A DNA stretch of 60,782 bases, the filler included, from Diploschistes diacapsis (taxonomy: Eukaryota), in NCBI GenBank assembly GCA_023645945.1. It is 8 parts of 8 records of this genome, joined end to end, with 100 filler letters (N's around TTAATTAATTAA, not from the genome) between each part and the next. Parts side by side here need not be neighbours in the genome. Positions count along the whole stretch, not along the records: positions 1 to 27,241 come from JALAIB010000166.1; 7 more parts are not named here. One strand, 5' to 3'. Below the pieces are notes generated by a model, which saw only the letters and a program-made list of their open reading frames with translations, searched no databases and was not told the DNA's origin. Numbering within the stretch: the stretch's first letter is position 1; each line of letters opens with the position of its first letter. Made by a program: the position numbers and the translations under genes. Below, one piece after another: positions 11,922 to 23,900 of the stretch.

Positions 11922-14900
11922 CTAGCATCGCTGTAGGTAATTGCTCGGCACCAAGCCCGGTCCGCCCTTACTGCCTTGCACCTCCGCCTCCCACCAGCCA
12001 TCATCCTGCAAGCGGAGAACGGCCAAGATGTCGTGCTTCTGGAAGGAAAGCTCCTCTGGGATGGCAGCCGTGTACGAGTACAGTGCGCGCGCTGATCTCC
12101 CCGTTAGCATCCGGTATCCCAAGTTCTAAAAGTACGGGAGGGGAAGAAACTCACCATAATGCATTACCCTTCCCTCTCTCTCTCTCGGTGCCGCCACGCT
12201 TCTACTCCTCACCCTGTTATCCTGGCCTCCCACGGCACCGGGTCCACCACCATAGTAGCTCGTCGGCCTTCCTACCTGTCCCTGCGGCCCCCTTCTCGCC
12301 CCTTGCCCCAATGCTCCTGCATCGCCCTGGCTAAGAACCATATGTCCTGCCATGGCACTATTCGACCTTCCACCTCCACCCCCATACCCAGGCTGCGGAC
12401 TCCTCGCTCTCGGCACGTCACCCGGACTTCCATGCCTCGAATACCCACCATACCCCCCAGCCTTTTGGGGAGACGTGTTCACGCTCTGCGCCTGCCGTGG
12501 CGCAGAACGGCCGTACGGGTTCGGGCTCACCGCGCGGTAATTGTCCATTCTCGGCCTGGGACTCGTGCTGCGCATGGGGTTCGGTGAGGGCGCCCGGCCG
12601 TTTGCAGCGTTTCCAGTCCCGGGACGTGAAGAAGGCTGGCTGCCACCGCCGTACATATCTGCATTTTGTCCCGCGTATCGTCGTGTGGTGGCTTGCATAC
12701 TAGCCGACGTGTGCGCTGGCTGTGGAGCATCGAGGCGCTTGATGGCTGCTTGATCGTGATATCCCGGTGGCGGTGTGCCCCGTTGGGCTGCAACTACGTT
12801 AGTATTCTTTTGCATAGATGAACCTGGTGCCGGGGTAGCAATGCCGTGGTACCGATCGGCCGAGACGCGGGTAGAGGATTGCTTGCCAACGCCGTTGAGC
12901 TCGGCAAGGGCGACGACCAAGGGGTCGGTGTCGTCAACTGAAGCGGTGCCGCGCTTGTTGGGGCTAGAAGGTTTGCTAGAGCCGCGTTGTTGAGAGTGTG
13001 TGTCTGGCGAAGCAACGTCGAAGACATTATTGCCCACGTTGAGCTGGAAGTTGGCCCGAGGGTCGACAGGCTCGAGATCGTCAGGTTGGGCGGCAAAGTC
13101 ATGAGCTTGTATACCAGGCCGAGAGGGGCTAGGGTTAGAGTTTTGGGGCGTACTGGATGGACCCCATGTGCTCCGAGCAGTGGGCACGGCGACAGATTGG
13201 GGCCGTTCCTTCTCCTGTTTGCTGCGACGCCGGAAGGGACTGTTGCTGAAGAATCCGCTGCGTTTCTTTTGTATGGGCTTGCTAGGGCTGATGGGATGTG
13301 AAACCTGGCCGCCAAGCTGCTTGACTGGTGAGATGGCACCGCTCGTTGGCTCGACGCTAGACAAGGAGGTTGGATTTGAGTAGTCGCTCTGCGTATCGCG
13401 GCTGCTTGGACGGACAGGGCTGCCCGCAGAGAGATCAGATTGGCCGTCTGTCCTACAGAACATTGTCATCCCGTCAGTGGGATATTCATTGTGCGGCACA
13501 GGAGCAAGATCTGCCGCGGGAGCGTTCTGGAAAGCGGCTTGTACCTCAGCAGCTTGACGACGGAAATCCGGTTGGGATGGTGCCTGACCATTGCTCTTGA
13601 GTGGCAGCGTGTTACCCTTTGGCGTTGCTTGATCCTCATGACCGCCCATGCGTTTGGCAAGCTCAGAATTCGGATCATGGTGAGATTCGAAAGTTGATGG
13701 AACTGGCGACGACGTGCGAAATGCTGGGTTGATCGTCCGCTGAAATTGAGCGACGGAGTAAGCCTCATCTTCCGAGGCCTCGGAAGCACTATCATTAATG
13801 TCGCCACGGCAGAAGTTGATGTATCTTGGAGGATCTGGAATCTCCTGCCCGGTGCCACGCTCTTGAATAAAGGAACTGATGTCTTTCTCTACTTCACAGC
13901 TCTCTAGTGACAAGCGCACTTTTTCACAAGACTAATGTCTGTAAGCCAGCGCTTTGAAGATTGGTGTTGCGCACTCACAGCATCATCGCTAACGCACACG
14001 GTCGAGGCGATGTTGGCAAAAGTCCAGAGACTACTTTTGGTAAAGTCAATCCTTTCCTCTTCAAGGTCCTGGAATTTCTGCAAGTCTTGTCAGCATGCCA
14101 CCACTTCGTTCGGCTTTGGATGACGGCTCACGTCGCAAGCAAGCTTCCAATCTCTGTTCCAGCGGCCTGTGGTCTCTTCAAGGCACTTCACCGCAGCCTC
14201 ATATTCGTTACTTGTCGAAGCCATCTGAATCTGTGTCTTCTCAAGCTTTGCTTTGTTCTTCCTCTCCTCCTGGCCCATGACCATGTGGCCCTGCGCCAGG
14301 TAGCCTTTGATCCTCAAGCAATCCTGTTCAAAACGATCGCGTGACTACCCTTCATCAGCACCATTGCTTAACCCCAACAATAACATCATACCTTGTTCAC
14401 ACTTTGCGTCTGCTGCGATTTGACCTTCAACAGCTTCTCGATTCCATTCTGCACAATCTTCCTCCTTTCTTTCAGCCCGCCTGAGAAGGCCGCCAAAGGC
14501 TCCTCGAGCTCGCCCTTCATCTGCTGCGCAATCTGCTGGTGCGCCTTGCCCATTGACTCGACCTCCCCTCGCATGATATCGAGAGAGTTTCGTAAGGTGC
14601 CAGCCTCTTGCGAGCCGAGAGGCTTGCGGCTCAGCTGCAGGAGCTTGCGGGCATATTCGTCTTCTATGGCGGCTCTGGCTATACAACGCAAAATTTCAGT
14701 ATGAGGGTAGATAAAAGTGTCCCAGCCTGAGAGGCTTACTGCTGTAGAAAGACTTCAGTTCGTCGGACGTTACCTTCGCACTGTGCATGCGCTCCAGCAA
14801 TGGCTGGACGCCAGCATCCTCTTTGCCCCAGAAGTTGTTCGCAACTGCACGAAAAGTCAGCTCAGATCTTGAATTCCTAACACTAGTATTAAGAATGTCT

Positions 14901-14946
14901 TACAGGAAGCAGGCACCGTCGGCACATCCGCCACGGTCCCAGGCAT
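11922..14946 (-). CDS. HOF1: F-BAR/SH3 cytokinesis protein (Hof1/Cdc15/Imp2 family), multi-exon
   Basis: Spliced N-terminus MPGTVADVPTVPASFANNFWGKEDAGVQPLLERM, F-BAR motifs RAAIEDEYARKL and FIQERGTGQEIPDPP, and a C-terminal SH3 (ARALYSYTAAIPEELSF...DDGWWEA...GLVPSNYL). Several short GT-AG introns. Confidence 0.9.
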
Positions 14947-16539
14947 TTTGCCTGGGTTGCTGTTGCTCTTACTGTTGCTGTTTACTATGAAGAGGCTTGT
15001 TGATAGCTCAATAATTCTCGAAATTCGCAAAGGGACGATGGACTGTTACAATATGAGTAGAAAGAGCAAACTGCAAGGTAACTAGTGATAGATGATTGTA
15101 AGAAGTCTCGTGAAACTCGAGGTTCACAAGTATCTGCAGTGACGAAACAAGGGTTTATTGAGGAGCAGGCATATTTGGGTTCAGATGCGAGGCGGCCGTT
15201 GCCAGGGAGACTAAGGCTGACTCGTGGCTCTTGATCGGCTCAAAGCGGGTTAGCTGCCTGAGGACTTGAGCTTCTTCAACTTCAAGTAGAATGTTACTTG
15301 AACTTTGCAACTGATACGATACAGGCAATAGGTAAGAAGAACTACACTTCTTCACTTGCACAAGTATCTACCAGTAGTTCAGGAGGACCGTGACAAACAA
15401 TAATAGGTTTACGTAGGTGGTCTTTCTGTAGCGGTGGCCATTTTCCAATCATGCCACTTCCGCACAGCTGAAATGATCCATATTGTTATGAGATTAGGAA
15501 CGATCTGCCTACCTTTCTTAATCATGACATATACGTGTAAAGAAAGTTTCCAAATATAAGGGTTAGCTCCATAAGGCGGCAAACCTTCAACACGTAGAAA
15601 CTCATTCTACTCCTCGAGATACCGTAGCCTTCCTCTAAGACATTCAAAATTCCTCGTTTGGAAGGCAAAAGTCCTGAAAATCGGCGTATCGGCAAAACCG
15701 ACCTATATTAAGGTGATGCTAAGACGTACTAGAAGCAGAGTCAGATTCATAGTAACAGGGGCTTTAACATCTATCCATCCGAAGCCAGGAGTGCCGGAAC
15801 ACTTCTAGAGAGTCAAGCAGCAAAACGCTGGCTGCGATGGCTATCAGTTCAAGTTGATATAGAGCCCAGCACCGCAGACCCAGTCCATGGTAAACATGGG
15901 GCGAAAAAGAGATCGTTCTGTGTTACAACGACTATATGAGATTGTGGAGCAATTGTATTTGGTTTCTTTGGAAAACAGTGTCAGTAAGATTCTGATGCTG
16001 AGCGGTAGTACCTAAGATAAAACTGCTTGTTAGCTTTTGCTCTCTATAGAAGACCGACTAGCATTACAAGAGATCAAAGAAGATCAGACTGTTGAGCTTG
16101 AAAATTTGTTTTGATAATCACGAATTCAGAAGTTATCGTTTGAAGAATTGGTCATCATTATTTGACGAGAAAGTATAACTTTGGACTTCATACCTTTTAG
16201 CAAGACCATCAACCATCAATGGAACTATGACCCGATAGATGGATAACACACACGCGTGGATGCTGTTCATTAATTCGGAGTATGAAATAGAAATTGAAGT
16301 TCAATTTGACAACTTTTTCTCTTCATGCCAGTTCGGAACGGAATAACCCTGAGCGGGTGACGGTCACGCACGCACGCACGCACACGGGTATCTTGGGGCT
16401 CATCCCACTTCAATTGCTTGATCAAGCACAGCCCCGCGAAACGCGAACAGGCGCTGCGACTACCTTGACAACTTGAAGTTGAAGCCTTGTTACTGCTCCC
16501 ACATTGTATTCTGGCGCTGAACAGTCTTTGGCAGGCAAG

Positions 16540-17290
16540 ATGGGTGGTAAGCTCGATTTAGGATTCTTGATTTCGTGCCTTATGCAGTTTCCGAGTCATC
16601 GCGAGTCTGCTTCTAGCTCGCAGAATGCTCGTTCTATTAATCGCGAAGCGTTTTACTGACCTTTTATAGACTTCCAGGCTATCGCCAGTACGTTGAAGCA
16701 CCCTTCTTTGCTCGACTTTATATCCAATATATTATCACATCATATGCGGACTGGAAACAAAACTAAGAGCAACGTTAGCACAGTTTGTTCAGTTCTACTA
16801 CCAAACGTTCGACGACAGCCGGATGAATCTTGCATCATTATACGTCGGTCTCCCCCTGAAACAAGACTAGTAATGGGAGGTGGCTCATTTTAAGGTCAGC
16901 GCGATCAGTCGATGTTGACGTTCGAGACTTCTGCAGTCGGGGGCGTTACTGGGATAATCGAGAAGCTCACAGTTCGTTGGCTGTCCGCGAAACACAAGGA
17001 TATACTGACCTGGCAAAGAGCCTACCGTTTGGCAATATCAAGCACAAAGTCGACACGCTAGACGCACAACCCTCCGGTACGAACGGCGAGATATTGGTCA
17101 TTGTGACCGGGGCACTTCTTGTAAGCGGCATGCCTTCTTCCTGTGTTGCTGGATTCTTCTTACATAGGTCCAGGTCGACGAGGAACAAAAGCCAATGAGC
17201 TACGTCCAGGTGTTCAACCTCCAGCGAGACGAGACTAATTACTATGTCTACAATGACATCTTTAAACTGGTGTACCCAGCATCCGGCTGA
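16540..17290 (+). CDS. NTF2: Nuclear transport factor 2 (6 exons)
   Basis: Spliced product reads [39 protein letters not shown]...IIEKLTSLPFGNIKHKVDTLDAQPS...ILVIVTGALLVDEEQKPMSYVQVFNL...YYVYNDIFKLVYP. Five GT-AG introns. Confidence 0.95.
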
Positions 17291-18515
17291 ATGATAATGC
17301 GGGAAGATATGGTCGAGAATTATCAAATACCAATATGGAGTTTGCTCGTAAAACTTGTTGAAGGTGATAAAACTGGGTTAAGAACTTGCAGGAGACTAGG
17401 GTATACTACTTTCTGCACTCATGCAATATCAAGTATTACTTCACTGCACTTGTGGGGTTGATAGGATGTAAGCTGCTGTATAGAATATAAGGTTATGCTA
17501 AGCTATAGTCATAAGAATCCAACAAAACACTGACAGCCTTACTGGATAGTGACCGATTGGCATAAATTATCATCAGGATACTCTACGAGTACTCAGGTGA
17601 ACTGTGGAGCCCATGTACCAACTACATATGCAGCACACGATCCATACTACATGAAAGATTGAGAGCTCAGTTTCTGCCTCTCCTTCACTGAATCCCCCTA
17701 TTGGTCGCACACAACAATCACGCCACTCATACATGACAAACGTGCTGCGGTATGCAAGCTAGAACATTGGACACTAACTGCGGTAATCCCAAAGCTCCCA
17801 CAATCGGCGAATCGAAGGCATGGCGATGGGACGTTGCGGTAACTCTGAGCAGTATTAGAGAAGTAAGGCAGGTGCCCCGTAGACAGTTCATTCTTGAGTT
17901 GCGAGGTTACTATTAGTATTGGAACGAGCATCATTGTAAAGCTTGCTGGCATTGAGCTTGACTGCTATTTCCACATTGCACCTACTTTGCCACTCGTTGA
18001 CAAATGGGCATGACTGCCATCAGCTGCTTCGTAGGAAAATGAGGGTCCCCCAAGTACTGTACGAATATCATTACGCGGCAACGCTTCATGTAAGAGTGAC
18101 CAAAAGGGAATTAGGAGAGAGGAACTTGGGCAGTCACAATTGTCTTTTGCTCTTGCTTGGCATTGGTTGCGGAGAGCAGAGTAGGCCGGAAGTCAGGGCA
18201 AAACGTTTATTTGGCGCATCGTTGTTTGCGAGCTGGCTTCTTCATTATATCACAGCAGCGCCATTAGCATCTACTTTCAGGCAGCTACGCTTCTACATTC
18301 TCCTCTTCTCCTTCCCGAACCAGATAACAGCCTCTGCCTCCCTCTACAATTCTCAATCTCTGCCATCGACATCTCACCATTCTCACCGGATATCTCCAAT
18401 AAAACAGAGCCAGCCTTACAGCGACGGTAGCGTTTCTGGATACTCAAGTGCACACTTTAAAGCATCCTTGAAAGAAGAACAGCTCGATTGTTTAAACGCT
18501 TACTTCGACATCACG

Positions 18516-19298
18516 ATGACGATCGCAGAAGAGTTTAGATCTCGCAACTTCAGTAAGTGGGAGGTAACGGCTTCTATGGAAGGTCCCGACTGATCCACCC
18601 TTCATAGGTATCTACGGACAATGGTCAGTGCATTTTGCAATTCCTTCCACAACCTCTCGGCCAAGCATTGTAGATGCAATCGTCTTGCCCGCTGGTGGAT
18701 ATGTATTACGCCAATCCTGCTACTGCAAGAACACCTGAGTATCCTACTTTTGTATATTCTGGGCCGGTAGAGCAACGCAGGCATTGCTTCCACAATACTC
18801 TTCATACCTCGTAGTACATACAAACTACGTGGGGTAACGGCTGATGGATTTTCAGGACGGGCGTCCTCTGTATCATACTCTGCATAGCGCTGGGTATTGC
18901 CAACCTGTTTAGCTGGTTTCCAATCATCATATTCTCCATTATTTGCCTGTAAGCCGTTCCTAGCTCACATTAGGGGCTCCGCTGATAATTATACTAGCGT
19001 CTCGGGTGTACTGCTCGTCTTTGTCGAGATCCCGTTCCTCCTTCGCATCTGTCCTACGTCTCCTCGCTTCGATGAATTCATGCGTCGCTTCTCTTCGAAT
19101 TACATGCGCGCACTCATTTATGGAATCATGAGCATCATTCAGTGGGTTAGTTTACTTGGAGGCCGAAGCAGTCTTATTGCAGCTGCTGTTGTGCTGTTAA
19201 TTGCGGCAATCTTTTATCTCATCGCCGCTGTCCGCCACCACGACTTTGCCGGCAGTAAGACGCTGGGTGGACAGGGCATAGCGCAGATGATTGTTTAG
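18516..19298 (+). CDS. TVP18: Golgi membrane protein Tvp18 (4 exons)
   Basis: Spliced product reads MTIAEEFRSRNFSIYGQWTGVLCIILCIALGIANLF...FVEIPFLLRICPTS...GSKTLGGQGIAQMIV. Includes a 16-nt micro-exon at 18608-18623 and a long intron at 18624-18855. Confidence 0.93.
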
Positions 19299-20165
19299 GG
19301 CATCATGGGATGCACCTGCGCTTAAACATTGGAAACAGTTATGGATAAAAAGCATGGGAGTATGGGGGGGGATGGTCGTTTTGCCACTTATACCAAGAGC
19401 GTCATGCCAAGGAAACAAGGAACGGTTCTGGGGATGTTGGAACAGCGAAATCGTGTATATTATTATGGGCATTACCGCTCTTGAATGTTCTCCGAAGAAC
19501 TCCATGTGAGCCTCGCTGGTTCGCGAGGCAGGCTTTTCAAATGGCTTTCATGAGGGAAGATGCTTGGATGCAGTTAGGTTCGTTCGCCTTCAACAACCTC
19601 CAGCAAGGTCTCGCGCGCGCGGGAATGATTTTTGTGCGGTGCAGTCATGTGGTCAGTAACCGAAGCGATAATTATATTGCAAATTCACAAATGATGCTAC
19701 ATACGTTTTCTATATATTGTTGACCCCATTAGAGAATCGAGCATTCCTTGATGATACTCGTGCTCTCTAGTAGCGGTGAAAGCTCAACCCCTGCGATGCT
19801 GAACAACAAGGGCATGTGATGCGCATTTTGTATTCCAATGAAGTAAGCACTTGCTCTTGTAGTTCTTGTAGCTGGAGAAGCTGCAGCTCGCTCGTACAGG
19901 GATTGATATCACCCACATTTAGACAAGCACACTGGTAGCGGGCAGAAACCGTTGCAAGTCTAGACCAGTGAGATAGGAGAACTCAATTCTACTGTTAGGG
20001 ATGGAGCTGAACTGTCTGTGAGAAGAACATGTGCTTATCATCGGAGGGAGGCAAGCAGGGGCCCGGAAGCGAAACGCTTTTTATTGTAACTAACTGCCAG
20101 ACGATCGCAGATGGGCCTTCAGATCTACTTAACTTGGTTCAGTTCACTTCGTTGCTTTTGTGATC

Positions 20166-20411
20166 CGTATTTGGACAGATTAACGGTTAATTATTAACGG
20201 ATTAACGTTTGATCACTTTTGTTTAATCCATTAATCTCTGATTAATCGAGCCGAATATTTAGTTTATCGAAAGGAAGAAAACTTCATTTTCAATTTCGAC
20301 AAAATAGTCGGTCCGATTAATTCGCCGGTTAATCCGATATCAATCGATTTAATGTCTGTTAATCGTTAATCAATTAACAATTAACGCTCGATTTATATTA
20401 ATCGTAACATG
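20166..20411. mobile_element. Degenerate AT-rich non-autonomous DNA transposon relic (GATTAATCG/ATTAAC subterminal repeats)
   Basis: Abrupt AT-rich block packed with ATTAAC/ATTAATCG motifs and ending AACATG. Its left edge CGTATTTGGAC resembles CATGTTTGGAC, the reverse complement of the end of a similar block near 51717. No clear TSD. Confidence 0.5.
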
Positions 20412-20603
20412 GGCTGGCTTTCTCCGTTATGGATCCTGCCCGGCTGGCTCAATCTCAACTTCAAAAACCCCTCAGCCCCCCGTTCCCTCTATCTAGTCCT
20501 TATTTCACTCTACCCCCAGAAATCTACTTTTTGTCTCCCCATACGCTCCCCTCCAGTGTCCCTTTACCTGCATTCGAGCTACAGCTGAAGGGGCTTTGAA
20601 CAG

Positions 20604-20898
20604 GTAAGCCATAGTCTGAACTCGCTAAGCATCAAGACGAAATCCTACCCCCAAATTCTGCACAAAGAGCTAAGCAAGCTGCATCGACACTTGGAGTCTG
20701 TTGTCGTGAAGAGCTTATTAGAGCTGGTGTCGTATCTATCTTTGAGCAATCTTCACTACATAGCCCAATTCTATGCATTCAAACTCAGCTTGCTTTAGGA
20801 CTTGGCATTTAACAGTGACGCAAGCTATGTGACCCTGGGATTTTGTCATGAGGCAGGCACATCCGTGTTTTCTTCATTCTTCCTGACTTTCTGAATAG
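20604..20898 (+). promoter_or_regulatory. Probable 5'-UTR intron of the AIM21-like gene
   Basis: CAG|GTAAGC donor, CTGAC branch point and GAATAG acceptor about 50 nt upstream of the ATG at 20947, preceded by a CT-rich tract. Confidence 0.5.
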
Positions 20899-20946
20899 GT
20901 TCCTTTTTTTTCATATCGTTTTCATTTTCATCCTCCACGAGACACA

Positions 20947-23900
20947 ATGGCGACTCCGCAGGTTCCTCGACGTCCTCTTCGCTCGAAATCCTCCAGTGAG
21001 CAAACTCAAGCACCTGGAGGGACCTTGCAACTACCAGTCGCTCCGCGACAAACAGGTCGTGTAGCCGACCGTGTCGACTCTAATGGCCAAGACAGCTTTG
21101 CTCCCTCACCTTTGAATGACCCTCCGTTCCTTCCCAGAACCGGCAATGTAGGAACACCCTACGGAAGCCAAGGGCCAAATGCGTCAAGTTCCAACAGCAA
21201 CCTCCCAGCTCGCCCTCCGAGCGTGACACTGCCTTCGATTGGTCAAGAGGGTAACGAGTATGCGGATATTGTGAACATGGAGCAAGAACAGCCATTGTCG
21301 AAAACGGGGCCTGCAACGCAGGAGACTACAACTAGCCACGTGGGAACCGATCTCCCTCTTCATGCTCCAAAGCCTTCGCTCTCCCAGTCGGACCAGAGGG
21401 CCCGCGTTCAGGGGGTGACCCGGACTGACCCGGACAAAGCATCTTTGCCGAACACAGGCCGGCAGATCTCGCTCCACGGCGAAGACCCAATGAGAGGCTT
21501 GAAATCGAAATCGAGTATTGGGCTAAGATCGCCGTCAGTCGCTTCTACGGAGAGACCGGAGTCAGCGCAGGCAGAAGAGCATGGAATACCCGAAATCGGC
21601 ATACAGGTGCCAATGTATCCAAACGCTGGAGACGTCCAGGCTCCCTCACCCGCCATGCACGGCGCAGCTCATCCACCTCCAAGTGCAGGTTTCCATAGTG
21701 ATCGACCTAGGCATCATGGCCGCACACGCAGTGGACGTGAGGTTTTCTACGGTCCTCCGGGTAGCTATGGGCTTCGTGGACATGGTGTAGCCTCCACCGA
21801 TAAGTTTGAAAGGGCATGGTACGAAAAGCATCCCGAGGCTTTGGCGCAGGAGGGCCAGTACTCGCCAGCCCTGAACAATATCAGAGGAGATTATGTTCTA
21901 AGTAGCGAGGACTTGAACAAGTTAGTTCAGGATACAGCAAAGCGTGGCGCCGGATTCGGTAGGTTTACCGTTCGTTTCTAGCTTCTCACTAAATCATGGC
22001 ATAGGCACTGCAGCGAATATTGTGGGCTTGCCGGACGAACAAATTGGGTACATGGCCTCCGAGGAGTACGCTACGAGGATAGCTTCACGGCCGTCATCAT
22101 CGTATGCGAGCAAGGCGCAAGCCCATGTTGATTCTCCACTCCGCAAAGCTAGCTCTCCCGCAGACGTAATGAACAAGGCCGGGCTGGTCGTACATGGAGC
22201 TCCAGAGTTGCCACAGCCTGTTACCTCTGACCAGGACCAATCCGAGGTAATCCACATAGACGCCCCGGAACAGAAATTTAACAAAGTCACTGGCGGGGCT
22301 CCCTCCACACCGCCCGTCGATTTAGGCCCAAGAGGAGGCAATACCGAGCATGAAGGTGGATTTATTGACGACCAAGGCTATGGTGTTCCTATTCTTGCTT
22401 CTGACGAAATCAGGCCAGGCTCGGTGTGGCAGAGGCCTGCCGTTTCTCCATTGCCTGAAGAGCGTAGAGCCAGTCTTCATGATCTCGCTTCTCGTTTCGG
22501 CAGCCGCCCAGATAGTGCACCAGGCAGCCGCCCTGCAAGCCGGCCCGGAAGTGTTCATGTTCATCATGGCGGACTCTCGCGATACACATCACATGAGGAC
22601 TACGAAATCCACACTCCCCTCGACGATGTTGAAGAATACGAACCTCTGTTCGAAGATGATGAAAAGGCGCCGAAGAAGCCTCCCACTCAGTCTGAACGCT
22701 TAAGATACCGTCCGGATATGAGGAGACGTTTTCCGAGTCAAGATATCTGGGAAGATACACCTAACAGTCTTCAGCTACAGGCCGAAATAGAGAGTCCGTC
22801 TCCGCTGGAACAACCCGCCCAGGAAAAGCAGAGTTTTGTCGCTTTTGAACATCCAGAGACTGAAGCAGCAAGAAAAGGTGAAGTCGGTGAACTCGAAAAG
22901 GCAAAGCTCATGCCAAAGGAGAAGAGGCTGGAGAGATCGAACTTCAAACAGCATCTACGAGACGACAATCAGAGGCCAGGCATGGTTCATCGTTTCCCGA
23001 GCCAGGACATTTGGGAAGATTCACCTGATAGTGCACGTCTCGAGACTACGGTTGGCGGCGAGACGGCAGAGGAAGACGCTGGTATTGCCGCTGGCGCTGT
23101 TGTTCAAACCAGTGCTCTCAGCGCGGGTCTTTCGCGCGAAGGCGCTACGACTGGTGCCTCTGTGCAGCCGAGTACCACTACTGGTGGTTCGTTAGCGCAG
23201 GCAGCAACCATTTCGGTACAAGGACAAGATACATCCTCAAAGGGTGACTCTGCCTCCGGCGGAGCTACCGGAGCTCCAGGTAAGCTAAAAGATTTTCTAC
23301 AACAAGGCGAGCAAGGAGATGTTTCTCTCATTTCCGTTTCCATCACCCAGTATTTCCGCGGCCGTTGTTCAAGGTGCCGCAGCTAAGATTGCATGCCGTG
23401 AGCTCGGCTCTGGAGATCATAAGCTAGGTTATGCTGGACAACCAGGGCTAGCAATCGGCTCCCTTTGCTATGGTCCAAGTGCTACATGCATCGAGCGGAG
23501 TCGCGTCCAAAGACCCTTCTGCTGGTGTTGCCGACTCAAAAAGTGCTGTGTTGATTCTAGTTGGGCAGGTGAATGTTTCTATTGGTCCTACTATTTCTCG
23601 TGCTCCTGACAACGCTGCTAACTCTGAGAGTTTCATTCTGTATCAAAGCCAGCATGACGATTTTGATTCTGTCTTCCATCCTTTCTTAAGTCTTGTCCCA
23701 ATCGAAGTTTCAATAACGAGTCTTCTACCTTCCCTAGCCCATTTTCTGGCCGAGTGGTTGATGATAGGATGATTGCTGACGCTGTTTTATTTCCAGGGCC
23801 TGATCGAGGCTTATTGGCGCAAAGATCGGCTGCGCTAAGTGATCAACAAGCACATAAACCGGCTGTTGATGGCGCTTCCACTCCTGCTTCATCCTCTACC

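Noticed and set aside
15880..16290. Coding-like, stop-interrupted stretch between HOF1 and NTF2
   Set aside because: Might be a decayed gene, but no family is recognisable and the evidence is too thin.
17943..18593. 216-aa ORF upstream of and running into TVP18
   Set aside because: Non-ATG start, spans the promoter and 5' UTR, and reads into intron 1; the real start is the ATG at 18516.
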